A stretch of 64,000 bases of DNA from Paracoccus sp. (in: a-proteobacteria) (GTDB lineage: Bacteria > Pseudomonadota > Alphaproteobacteria > Rhodobacterales > Rhodobacteraceae). The notes under the pieces were generated by a model. It saw only the letters and a list, made by a program, of their open reading frames with translations. It was not told where the DNA came from and did not search any database. The translations under genes and the position numbers were made by a program. The stretch covers positions 567 through 64,566 of the forward strand of contig JBKEBH010000302.1 of NCBI GenBank assembly GCA_047973065.1, in the 5' to 3' direction. Below are positions 53,362-62,614 of the stretch, in pieces (position 1 is the stretch's first letter; each line of letters begins with the position of its first letter).

Positions 53362-54273
53362 ATGGCCCGGTCTGACCGTGCACCAGCGGCGGAGTCGCGC
53401 GATTTTCGCACGATGATGCAGGACTGGCTGCCGAAACTGGTTCTTTCGCCGTCCATCGCGGCGATGATGGTCTTCGTTTACGGGTTCATCATCTACACCG
53501 TCTATCTGTCCTTCACCAACAGCAGGATGCTGCCCAGCTATGACTGGGTCGGTCTGGACAATTACGTGCGCCTGTTCGGCCTTCCGGCCTGGAGCACCGC
53601 GCTCAGCAATCTGGCGATCTTTGCCAGCCTCTATATCGTCATCTGCATCGCCATCGGGCTGATGCTGGCGATCTTTCTCGACCAGAAGATCCGGGGCGAG
53701 GGCATGTTGCGCCCGATCTATCTTTATCCGATGGCGCTCAGCTTCATCGTGACCGGGACGGCGTGGAAATGGCTGCTCGATCCCGGGATCGGACTGGAAC
53801 ACACCATGCATCTGTGGGGCTGGGAAAGCTTCAAATTCGGCTGGATCAAGGACCGCAACTACGCGATCTATACGCTGGTCATCGCCGCGGTCTGGCAATC
53901 TTCGGGCTTCGTGATGGCGATGTTCCTGGCCGGTCTGCGCGGCATCGACAACGAGATGATGAAGGCCGCCCAGATCGACGGGGCCTCGAACTGGCAGCTT
54001 TACAGACGCATCGTCATTCCGCTGCTGCGTCCGGCCTTCTTGTCGGCCTTCGTCATCCTCGCCCATCTGGCCATCAAGTCCTATGACCTGGTCATCGCCC
54101 TGACCGGCGGCGGCCCGGGCAATGCCACCCAGCTGCCGGCAACCTTCATGTATTCCTATACCTTCACCCGCAACCAGATGGGCATCGGCGCGTCTTCTGC
54201 CGTGATCATGCTGATGGGCATTGCCGCCATCATGGTGCCCTACGTCTATGCCGAGCTGAAGGAGAAGAAGTGA
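53362..54273 (+). CDS. Carbohydrate ABC transporter permease
   Basis: Multiple transmembrane segments, EAA-like loop KAAQIDGA, and LTGGGPG. Confidence 0.93.
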   Translation: MARSDRAPAAESRDFRTMMQDWLPKLVLSPSIAAMMVFVYGFIIYTVYLSFTNSRMLPSYDWVGLDNYVRLFGLPAWSTALSNLAIFASLYIVICIAIGLMLAIFLDQKIRGEGMLRPIYLYPMALSFIVTGTAWKWLLDPGIGLEHTMHLWGWESFKFGWIKDRNYAIYTLVIAAVWQSSGFVMAMFLAGLRGIDNEMMKAAQIDGASNWQLYRRIVIPLLRPAFLSAFVILAHLAIKSYDLVIALTGGGPGNATQLPATFMYSYTFTRNQMGIGASSAVIMLMGIAAIMVPYVYAELKEKK

Positions 54274-55154
54274 TGTCGCACGGAGCACAGGACCAGGCCG
54301 TCCGTACCGGCCGCATCGCCCGGACCTTCATCTATGTGGTGCTGATCTATTTCGCGCTGTTCTATCTGTTGCCGCTGTTCATCATGGCGATCAACTCGAT
54401 CAAACCCCTGGCCGAGATCACCGGCGGCAACATGATGTCCCTGCCGCAGGCGCCGACGCTTGAGCCGTGGAAATCCGCCTGGTCCACCGCCCAGATCGGG
54501 GTCGAGGCCACGGGGCTGAAGCCTTACTTCATGAACTCGATCCTGATGGTCGTGCCAGCCGTCGCCATCTCGACCGTTCTGGGTGCGATGAACGGCTATA
54601 TCCTGACCAAATGGCAGTTCCGGGGCTCGAATATCCTTTTTGGATTGATGCTGTTTTCCTGCTTCATTCCCTTCCAGATCGTGCTGATTCCGATGGCACG
54701 GGTGCTGGGCTCGATCGGGCTGGCCGGGACCACTTCGGGGCTGATCCTTGTCCATGTGGTTTACGGGATCGGTTTTTCGACCCTCTATTTCCGCAACTAC
54801 TATGCGGCCTTCCCGACCGAGCTGGTGCGGGCGGCGATGATGGACGGGGCCGGGTTCTTCCGGATCTTCTTTCGGATCATGCTGCCGGTTTCCGGGCCGA
54901 TCGCGGTGGTCTGCATCATCTGGCAGTTCACCAATATCTGGAACGACTTCCTGTTCGGCGCCTCATTCGCCGATCTCGATTCCATGCCGATGACCGTGGC
55001 GCTGAACAACCTCGTGAACAGCTCGACAGGCGTCAAGGAATACAACGTCCACTTCGCCGGCGCGATCCTTGCGGCTCTGCCGACACTGCTCGTCTATATC
55101 GTCGCTGGCCGCTACTTCGTGCGCGGTCTGATGGCCGGCTCTGTGAAAGGATAA
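54273..55154 (+). CDS. Carbohydrate ABC transporter permease
   Basis: ELVRAAMMDGA and IWNDFLF. Confidence 0.93.
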   Translation: MSHGAQDQAVRTGRIARTFIYVVLIYFALFYLLPLFIMAINSIKPLAEITGGNMMSLPQAPTLEPWKSAWSTAQIGVEATGLKPYFMNSILMVVPAVAISTVLGAMNGYILTKWQFRGSNILFGLMLFSCFIPFQIVLIPMARVLGSIGLAGTTSGLILVHVVYGIGFSTLYFRNYYAAFPTELVRAAMMDGAGFFRIFFRIMLPVSGPIAVVCIIWQFTNIWNDFLFGASFADLDSMPMTVALNNLVNSSTGVKEYNVHFAGAILAALPTLLVYIVAGRYFVRGLMAGSVKG

Positions 55155-55158
55155 CCCG

Positions 55159-56277
55159 ATGCCGTTTTTGGATATTGATAATGTCACCAAATCCTATGGC
55201 GCTGTCGAAGTGCTGCACCGGGTAGATATCGGCGTCGAGGAGGGCGAGTTTCTGGTCCTTGTCGGCCCGTCCGGCTGCGGCAAGTCCACGCTTCTGAACA
55301 TGATCGCCGGGCTGGAAAACATCACGGGCGGAACCATCTCGATCAAGGACCGGGTGGTCAATGATGTGCACCCTTCCAAGCGCAATATCGCCATGGTCTT
55401 CCAGAGCTATGCGCTTTACCCGAACATGACGGTCGGCCAGAACATCACCTTCGGGATGGAGATGCACAAGATCCCCAAGCCCGAACGTGAACGCAAGCTG
55501 GCCGAGGTCGCCAAGCTTTTGCAGATCGACCACCTGCTGGACCGCAAGCCCGGCCAGCTGTCGGGCGGTCAGCGTCAGCGTGTCGCCATGGGCCGGGCGC
55601 TTGTGCGCGATCCCGATGTCTTCCTGTTCGACGAGCCTTTGTCGAATCTCGATGCGAAGCTGCGCGTCGATATGCGCACCGAGATCAAGAAGCTGCATCA
55701 GCGGCTGAAAAGCACCATCGTCTATGTCACCCATGACCAGATCGAGGCCCTGACGCTTTCGACCCGGATCGCGGTGATGAACAAGGGCTATGTCCAGCAG
55801 CTCGGCACGCCGAAGGAAATCTATGACACGCCGTCGAACATGTTCGTCGCCGGCTTCATGGGCAGCCCGTCGATGAACCTTCTGCCGGCCACGCTGCGCG
55901 AAGAGGCCGGTGGGCTGTCGGCGGAATTGACCGGCGCGGATGGGCAGCCCATGCGGCTGATGCTCAGCCAGAACGGGGCGAAGCTGCGCGCCTATATCGA
56001 CAAGCCGGTCGTTCTGGGCATCCGCCCCGAGGCGATCACCGATGCCGAAGGCGTGGACCGCAATGCCCGCAACACCCAGCTGATGGGCAATATGGTCAGC
56101 GTAACCGAGCCGGCAGGTTCGGATACATTCGTCGAGACCATCCTGTCGGGCAAGGCTTGCATCGCCCGGATGCGCGCCGATGTCGATGTCAATGTCGGCC
56201 AGCAATTCGACTTCGTGGTCAATATGGACAAGGCCGTGGTCTTCGACCCTGACAGCGAAGATCGGATTGTGGACTGA
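55159..56277 (+). CDS. Carbohydrate ABC transporter ATP-binding protein (MalK-like)
   Basis: GPSGCGKST, LSGGQRQR, DEPLSNLD and VTHDQ. Confidence 0.95.
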   Translation: MPFLDIDNVTKSYGAVEVLHRVDIGVEEGEFLVLVGPSGCGKSTLLNMIAGLENITGGTISIKDRVVNDVHPSKRNIAMVFQSYALYPNMTVGQNITFGMEMHKIPKPERERKLAEVAKLLQIDHLLDRKPGQLSGGQRQRVAMGRALVRDPDVFLFDEPLSNLDAKLRVDMRTEIKKLHQRLKSTIVYVTHDQIEALTLSTRIAVMNKGYVQQLGTPKEIYDTPSNMFVAGFMGSPSMNLLPATLREEAGGLSAELTGADGQPMRLMLSQNGAKLRAYIDKPVVLGIRPEAITDAEGVDRNARNTQLMGNMVSVTEPAGSDTFVETILSGKACIARMRADVDVNVGQQFDFVVNMDKAVVFDPDSEDRIVD

Positions 56278-57770
56278 TGGAGGCCGATCTCGTCATCATC
56301 GGCTCGGGAATGGGGGGCGCGACGCTGGCCGCCGCGCTCGCCCCGTCCGGCCGGCGGATCGTGATCGTCGAGGCCGGCGAGCATCTGCCCGACACGGCCG
56401 AAGCCCGCGATCCCGCCGCCATCTTCGGGCGCGGGCATTTCCGCCCCGGCGAGCGCTGGCTGGACGGGCAGGGGCGGGAATTCAATCCTGGCAATTACTA
56501 CTATGTCGGCGGCAATTCGAAATTCTACGGCGCGGTCCTGCTGCGCTACCGCGAATGCGATTTCAGCCCGATCCGCCATATGGGCGGCACCACGCCGGGC
56601 TGGCCGATCGGCTATGCCGATCTGGAGCCCTGGTATCAGGCGGCAGAAATGCTTTACCGGGTGCGCGGTGCGACCGGCGAAGACCCGAGTGAGCCGCCCC
56701 GTTCCGGTGCCTATCCTTTCCCGCCGGTCCCCGATGAGCCTGAGATCGCCGATCTGCGGACGCGCTTGCGGCGGATCGGGCTGAACCCGTCAAGCCTGCC
56801 GCTCGGGCTGGATCTCGATCGCTGGTTGGAACGTGCCAAAACGCCATGGGACGCCTTCCCGGACACGACCGGGGCCAAGATGGATGCCGAAAGCGTCGGG
56901 ATTGCCGAGGCGTTGCGCCATCCCAATGTCACGCTGATGACCGGCGTCCGGGCCGAGCGTCTGAATTGCGGACCGGACGGGCGGATCGCGGCGCTGCATG
57001 TCGCGGGCAAGGGCGGTGCGCGCCGGATCGAGGCGCCACTGTTTGCGCTGGCGGCGGGGGCGGTGAATTCGGCGGCGCTGCTATTGGGATCTGCGGATGA
57101 GGCGCGGCCCAATGGGCTGGCCAATCGTTCGGACCAGCTCGGGCGCAATTTCATGAACCATAATTGCTCGGCGGTGCTGGCGCTTCATCCCTTCCGGCGC
57201 AATCGCAGCATCTATCAGAAGACCCTGATGGTGAACGATTTCTATGAAAGCGGCGGTCCGGGCGGGGCACCGCTTGGCAATATCCAGCTGCTCGGCCGGG
57301 TCTCGGGGCCGATCCTCGCGGCCAGTTCCGGCCTGCCGGGCTTTGCCGCGAAGCTGATCGCGGATCGCGCCGTTGATTTCTATGCCATGTCCGAAGACCT
57401 GCCCGATCCCGAAAGCCGGGTCAGCCTGAAGGGCGGGCGGATCATGCTCGACTGGAAGCGCTCGAACTGGGATGCGCATGAGGCGCTGGTGGCGAAGCTG
57501 AAGGCTGAGCTGCGCCGGGCCGGTTTTCCCATCGTGCTGTCAAAGCCCTTTGACCGGCGCACGCCGTCGCATCAATGCGGCACCGCCCGGATGGGGCACG
57601 ATCCGGCGGCGAGCGTCGTCGATATTCATGGCCGCGCCCATGATCACCCGAACCTCTTCATCACTGACGCCAGCACGCTGCCGACCTCGGCGGCGGTGAA
57701 CCCGGCCCTGACCATCGCCGCGCTGTCTTTGCGCGCGGCCGATCATATCCGAGGAAAGGACTGGGCATGA
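56277..57770 (+). CDS. GMC-family FAD oxidoreductase (sugar dehydrogenase-like)
   Basis: IIGSGMGG, VGGNSKFYGA, LGRNFMNH, SHQCGTARMG and AVNPALTI. Confidence 0.9.
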   Translation: MEADLVIIGSGMGGATLAAALAPSGRRIVIVEAGEHLPDTAEARDPAAIFGRGHFRPGERWLDGQGREFNPGNYYYVGGNSKFYGAVLLRYRECDFSPIRHMGGTTPGWPIGYADLEPWYQAAEMLYRVRGATGEDPSEPPRSGAYPFPPVPDEPEIADLRTRLRRIGLNPSSLPLGLDLDRWLERAKTPWDAFPDTTGAKMDAESVGIAEALRHPNVTLMTGVRAERLNCGPDGRIAALHVAGKGGARRIEAPLFALAAGAVNSAALLLGSADEARPNGLANRSDQLGRNFMNHNCSAVLALHPFRRNRSIYQKTLMVNDFYESGGPGGAPLGNIQLLGRVSGPILAASSGLPGFAAKLIADRAVDFYAMSEDLPDPESRVSLKGGRIMLDWKRSNWDAHEALVAKLKAELRRAGFPIVLSKPFDRRTPSHQCGTARMGHDPAASVVDIHGRAHDHPNLFITDASTLPTSAAVNPALTIAALSLRAADHIRGKDWA

Positions 57771-58519
57771 GCGGCACGGCTTTGATCACCGGCGGCCAGC
57801 AGGGTATCGGGCTGGGCATTGCGCTGGCGCTGAAGGAGGCCGGCTATCGGCTGGTGATCGTGGCGGAGCAGACGTTTGAGGCAGCCGCCGCCGGCATGGC
57901 CCGGCTGGGGCCCGAGACGCGCTATTACCAGCACGATCTGGCCCGGATCGAGGCGGTGCCGGCGCTGCTTGATGCGGTTGAGGCCGATCTTGGTCCGATC
58001 ACTACGCTGATCGCCAATGCCGGGGTGCCGGCGCGGATGCGCAGCGACATGCTGGATCTGGCACCCGAGAATTTCGACTGGACCATGGACATCAACTTGC
58101 GCGGCAACTTCTTTCTGGCTCAGGCCATTGCGCGCCGCATGCTGGCGCGTGACAGCGAAGCCTATCGCAGCATGGTCTTCGTGACCTCGGTCAGCGCCCA
58201 GATGGTCTCGCCCGAGCGGGCCGAATATTGCATCTCGAAGGCGGCGGCCTCGATGATGGTCAAGCTGTTTGCCGCCCGGCTGGCCGGCGACGGTATCGGC
58301 GTCTTCGAGATCCGGCCCGGCATCATTGCCACGCCAATGACGGCGGGCGTTGCCGGCAAATACGACGCGCAGATCGAAGCCGGGCTCGTACCGGCAGGCC
58401 GCTGGGGCGAGGGCGCGGATATCGGGCGCGCCGTCCTGCCGCTGGTCAGCGGCGCCATGGCATTTTCAACCGGAAGCGCGATTGCGGTGGATGGCGGTCT
58501 CTCCATCCCCAGACTCTAG
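57767..58519 (+). CDS. Short-chain dehydrogenase/reductase
   Basis: TGGQQGIG, NAG, YCISK and PGIIAT. Confidence 0.92.
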   Translation: MSGTALITGGQQGIGLGIALALKEAGYRLVIVAEQTFEAAAAGMARLGPETRYYQHDLARIEAVPALLDAVEADLGPITTLIANAGVPARMRSDMLDLAPENFDWTMDINLRGNFFLAQAIARRMLARDSEAYRSMVFVTSVSAQMVSPERAEYCISKAAASMMVKLFAARLAGDGIGVFEIRPGIIATPMTAGVAGKYDAQIEAGLVPAGRWGEGADIGRAVLPLVSGAMAFSTGSAIAVDGGLSIPRL

Positions 58520-58528
58520 GAGGGCCTG

Positions 58529-60124
58529 ATGGCCGAAGGTTACGATTTCATCATCATCGGCGGCGGCAGCGCCGGCTGCGTACTGGCCAACCGGCTGAGC
58601 GAGAAGCCAGAGGTGCGCGTCCTGCTGGTCGAGGCCGGCGGGCGCCCGCGCCATCCTTTCTATGCGATGCCGGCCGGCTTTGCCAAAATGACCAGGGGCA
58701 TCGGCAGCTGGGGGTGGGAAACCGTGCCGCAGCGCCATATGCTCAACCGGGTTATCCGCTTTACGCAGGCGCGGGTGCTGGGCGGCGGGTCTTCCATCAA
58801 CGCCCAGATCTATACCCGCGGCAATGCGCTCGATTACGACGAATGGCGGCAGATGGGCTGCGAGGGCTGGGGCTATGACGATATCCTGCCCTATTTCCGC
58901 AAATCCGAGGATAACGACAGTTACGACAACCGCTGGCACGGGCAGGGCGGGCTGATGGGCGTGTCGAAACCCGCCGCGCCCCTGCCGATCTGCGAAGCCT
59001 ATTTCAGGGCCGGGCGCGAGCTGGGCATTCCGACCAATGAGGATATGGCCGGCGAAAGTCAGGACGGGCTGGGCTATTACCAGCTGACCCAGAAACATGC
59101 GCGTCGGTCCTCGACCTCGGTGGCGTTCCTGGACCCGGCGCGGGGGCGGCCGAACCTGACCGTCATGTCGGGCGTTCAGGTATTGGGGATCGCAGTGGAA
59201 CATGGCCGGGCCAGAGGAATCCGCATCGCCGATGGCAGCGGCGAGAGGCGGATTGACGCGGCGGTCGAGGTGATCGTGTCGTCCGGGGCCATCGGCTCGC
59301 CGCGTCTTCTGATGCTGTCGGGGATCGGCCCGGCCGATCACCTGCGCGGTCTCGGGCTCGATGTGGTCTTCGATCAGCCCGGGGTCGGCTCGGATCTTCA
59401 GGACCATCTCGATCTTTTCACGATTTCCGAATGCTCCGGCCCGCATACCTATGACCGCTATGCCAAGCCGCATTATTCGGTGCTGGCCGGGCTGCAATAT
59501 ATCTTCACCCGCAAGGGGCCGGTGGCCTCCTCGCTCTTTGAAACCGGCGGCTTCTGGTATGCTGAAGAAGGCGCCCGCTCGCCCGATATCCAGTTCCATC
59601 TCGGCCTCGGTTCGGGGATCGAAGCCGGGGTTGCGTCGATGCCCAATGGCGGGGTCACGCTGAACTCGGCTTACCTACGCCCGCGCTCGCGCGGGACGGT
59701 GCGGCTGGCATCAGGCGATCCCTTGGCCGCGCCGCTGATAGATCCCAATTACTGGGCCGCCCCCCATGATCGCGAAATGTCGATCAGGGGGCTGAAAATG
59801 GCGCAGGAGATCATGCGCCAGGACGCGCTGAAACCCTTCATCCTGCGCGAGGTACTGCCCGGGCCGGAGGTGCGCAGCGATCAGGATTATTTCGAACATG
59901 CCTGCGCCAATGCCAAGACCGATCACCATCCGGCCGGTACCTGCCGGATGGGCGCGGACAGCGCCGCCGTGGTCGATATGCGCCTGCGCCTCAACGGCAT
60001 TGACGGGCTGCGCGTCGTCGATGCCTCGATCATGCCGCGGCTGGTGTCCTCGAATACCAATGCGCCGGTCATCATGATCGCGGAAAAGGCCGCCGACATG
60101 ATCCGCCACGACCATGGAGCCTGA
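58529..60124 (+). CDS. GMC-family oxidoreductase (choline/L-sorbose dehydrogenase-like)
   Basis: GGGSAGCVLANRLS, LGGGSSINA, HHPAGTCRMG and SSNTNAP. Confidence 0.92.
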   Translation: MAEGYDFIIIGGGSAGCVLANRLSEKPEVRVLLVEAGGRPRHPFYAMPAGFAKMTRGIGSWGWETVPQRHMLNRVIRFTQARVLGGGSSINAQIYTRGNALDYDEWRQMGCEGWGYDDILPYFRKSEDNDSYDNRWHGQGGLMGVSKPAAPLPICEAYFRAGRELGIPTNEDMAGESQDGLGYYQLTQKHARRSSTSVAFLDPARGRPNLTVMSGVQVLGIAVEHGRARGIRIADGSGERRIDAAVEVIVSSGAIGSPRLLMLSGIGPADHLRGLGLDVVFDQPGVGSDLQDHLDLFTISECSGPHTYDRYAKPHYSVLAGLQYIFTRKGPVASSLFETGGFWYAEEGARSPDIQFHLGLGSGIEAGVASMPNGGVTLNSAYLRPRSRGTVRLASGDPLAAPLIDPNYWAAPHDREMSIRGLKMAQEIMRQDALKPFILREVLPGPEVRSDQDYFEHACANAKTDHHPAGTCRMGADSAAVVDMRLRLNGIDGLRVVDASIMPRLVSSNTNAPVIMIAEKAADMIRHDHGA

Positions 60125-60125
60125 G

Positions 60126-60440
60126 ATGATCCGCCATATCGTTCTGATCCGCTATCGCGATGACATGCCCGATGCGTGCATCGACGAGATCTTCGCAGAC
60201 CTTCACGCCATCCAATCGGTGCTGCCCGGCATCATCTCGATCACCTCGGGGCGCAGCGAAAGCCCTGAACAGATCGAGCGCGGTTATCTGCATGGCTTTG
60301 TCGTCGATTTCACCGATTGGGCGGCGCTTGCCGCCTATCAGGCCCATCCTGATCACCGCCGGGTCGGGGATGCGATGACCGCCAATGCGGTCGGCGGGCT
60401 CGATGGCATCCTCGTCTTTGATCTTCCTGTGGAGTCGTGA
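60126..60440 (+). CDS. Dabb-family (stress-responsive alpha/beta barrel) protein
   Basis: MIRHIVL, GYLHGFVVDF and YQAHPDH. Confidence 0.85.
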   Translation: MIRHIVLIRYRDDMPDACIDEIFADLHAIQSVLPGIISITSGRSESPEQIERGYLHGFVVDFTDWAALAAYQAHPDHRRVGDAMTANAVGGLDGILVFDLPVES

Positions 60441-60443
60441 TCC

Positions 60444-61607
60444 ATGCTGACCCTGCCGACCTATGCCGGAACGCTTGAGCCCTTCGCCATCACCCGTGCG
60501 CCGCTGGTGCCGCGCGCCCCGCGCCGCGGCTTCAACCGCGTGGCCTTCGCCGCCGCCCATGTCATCAGCGATCCGCTGGCCGAGCGCGATCCCTGGAGCG
60601 CGCGCCCGGCCGTTGATTGGGATGCGACGCTGAACTTCCGCCGCGGCCTCTGGGATCAGGGGCTGGGGCTGGCCGAGGCCATGGATACCGCGCAGCGCGG
60701 CATGGGCGTTGATTGGCCGACCGCGCGCGAGCTGATCAAACGCACCATGGCCGAGGCCAGGGTGCATCCCCTGAAACCCCGGGTTGCCTGTGGGGCCGGC
60801 ACCGATCACCGGACGCTGGCTGAGCTGACCGATATCGAAGCGATCATTGCCGCCTATGAGCATCAGATGGAGGCGATCGAGGCGGATGGCGGCCAGCTGA
60901 TCCTGATGGCCACCCGGGCGCTGCCGGCGATTGGTGCCTGGCCGGCCGATTACCGGCGTGTCTATGACCGGCTGATCACCCAGGCCAGGGATCCGGTGAT
61001 CCTGCACTGGCTCGGCGATATGTTCGACCCGGCGCTGAGCGGCTATTGGGGGCATCGCGATATCGCGGCGGCATCGGACGAGGTGCTGGCGCTGATCGAG
61101 GCCCATCCGGGTAAGGTGGACGGGATCAAGATCTCGCTTCTGGATCAGGCGCATGAGGAGGCTTTCCGTGCCCGCCTGCCCGAAGGGGTGAAGCTTTATA
61201 CCGGCGATGATTTCAACTACGCGCCGCTGATTGCCGGCGATGGTCAGCATTATTCCCATGCTCTGCTTGGTGCCTTCACCGCGATTGCCCCGGCGGCGGC
61301 GCAGGCGCTGGAGGCGCTGGCGGCGGGGGACCGCGCCACCTATGACGCGCTGATGGCACCGACCGTGCCCTTCTCGCGCGAATTGTTCCGGGCGCCGACC
61401 CAGTTCTACAAGGCCGGGATTGCCTGCCTGTCCTGGCTGAACGGGATGCAGGCGCATTTCGTCATGCCGGCGGGGTTCCAGTCCTCGCGCTCGATCACCC
61501 ATTATGCCGCGCTTTTCCGGCTGGCCGCTGTGGCAGGCTTGCTGTCCGATCCCGATCTTGCCACCATGCGGATGAAAAAGTTGCTGGCGGTTTACGGTAT
61601 CGAGTGA
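60444..61607 (+). CDS. DUF993-family TIM-barrel protein (DHDPS-like)
   Basis: AFAAAHV, AEAMDTAQRGMG, ILHWLG.MFDP, GIKISLL and YTGDDFNY. Confidence 0.85.
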   Translation: MLTLPTYAGTLEPFAITRAPLVPRAPRRGFNRVAFAAAHVISDPLAERDPWSARPAVDWDATLNFRRGLWDQGLGLAEAMDTAQRGMGVDWPTARELIKRTMAEARVHPLKPRVACGAGTDHRTLAELTDIEAIIAAYEHQMEAIEADGGQLILMATRALPAIGAWPADYRRVYDRLITQARDPVILHWLGDMFDPALSGYWGHRDIAAASDEVLALIEAHPGKVDGIKISLLDQAHEEAFRARLPEGVKLYTGDDFNYAPLIAGDGQHYSHALLGAFTAIAPAAAQALEALAAGDRATYDALMAPTVPFSRELFRAPTQFYKAGIACLSWLNGMQAHFVMPAGFQSSRSITHYAALFRLAAVAGLLSDPDLATMRMKKLLAVYGIE

Positions 61608-62614
61608 TGAAAAAGCGGCCCACCATTCTCGACGTTGCAGAAGCGGCGGGCGTATCGAAATCGACGGTCTCTCTGGTCCTGCAAGGCAGCGAGCTGGTGC
61701 GCGGCGAAACCGCCGAAACCGTGCGCGCCGCCATGGCGCGGGTGGGCTATGTCTATAACCGGGCGGCAGCGAACCTGCGTTCGGCCTCGACCGGGCTGAT
61801 CGGGCTGGTCATCAACGATCTGCGCAACCCGTTCTTCACCGAATTCGCCACCTCCATGCAGATGGCGCTGGCGGATGCCGGCTATGCCACGGTGATAGGC
61901 AATTGTGATGAGGATCCGCGCCGGCAGGCACAGCTGGTGCAATCCATGATCGAACATGGCGTGTCCGGGCTGGTGATCTCGCCGACCTTCGGCGATCCCG
62001 GGCCGGTGCTGGCCCAGATCGAGGCGGCGCGGATCCCGACCATGCAGGTGCTGCGCCGGCTCGATGGCAGTGAGGGGCTGATCCCGTTTTCCTCCTTCGA
62101 TTACGCGGCGGGCGGGGCCGAGGCGACGCGCCATCTGCTGGATCAGGGCTGCCGGCGCATCGCCTTTGTCGGCGGCCGGGCCGAGCGGGCGATCACCGCC
62201 GAACGTATCTCGGGCTATCTGGCCGAGATGGCGCGGGCCGGGCTGGAGCCGCTGATCCTGCATGGCCCGATCACCCGTCATGAGGGCAATGAAATCGCCG
62301 CCGCGCTGCCAGCGGAAGCTGACGCAGTGCTCTGTTTCAACGATCTGGTGGCGCTCGGGCTGATGAACGGTCTGGCGCGCGCCGGACGCCGGGTCGGGCA
62401 GGGTATCCGGCTGATCGGCTTTGACGATATCGAGGAATGCCGCGAGGTCTGGCCGGCGCTCAGCTCGGTCAGTTGCGATATCGCGAAATTCGGCAATGAT
62501 ACGGCGCGCCGGCTGCTGGTCTGGATGGACAAGGGCCGCGCGCCCGAGCCGGAAAGCCGGGCTCCGGTGGCACTGGTGGCGCGCGGTTCCAGTTTGGGAG
62601 AGAGGGATGACTGA
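61607..62614 (+). CDS. LacI-family transcriptional regulator
   Basis: TILDVAEAAGVSKSTVS, CFND and IGFDD. Confidence 0.95.
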   Translation: MKKRPTILDVAEAAGVSKSTVSLVLQGSELVRGETAETVRAAMARVGYVYNRAAANLRSASTGLIGLVINDLRNPFFTEFATSMQMALADAGYATVIGNCDEDPRRQAQLVQSMIEHGVSGLVISPTFGDPGPVLAQIEAARIPTMQVLRRLDGSEGLIPFSSFDYAAGGAEATRHLLDQGCRRIAFVGGRAERAITAERISGYLAEMARAGLEPLILHGPITRHEGNEIAAALPAEADAVLCFNDLVALGLMNGLARAGRRVGQGIRLIGFDDIEECREVWPALSSVSCDIAKFGNDTARRLLVWMDKGRAPEPESRAPVALVARGSSLGERDD

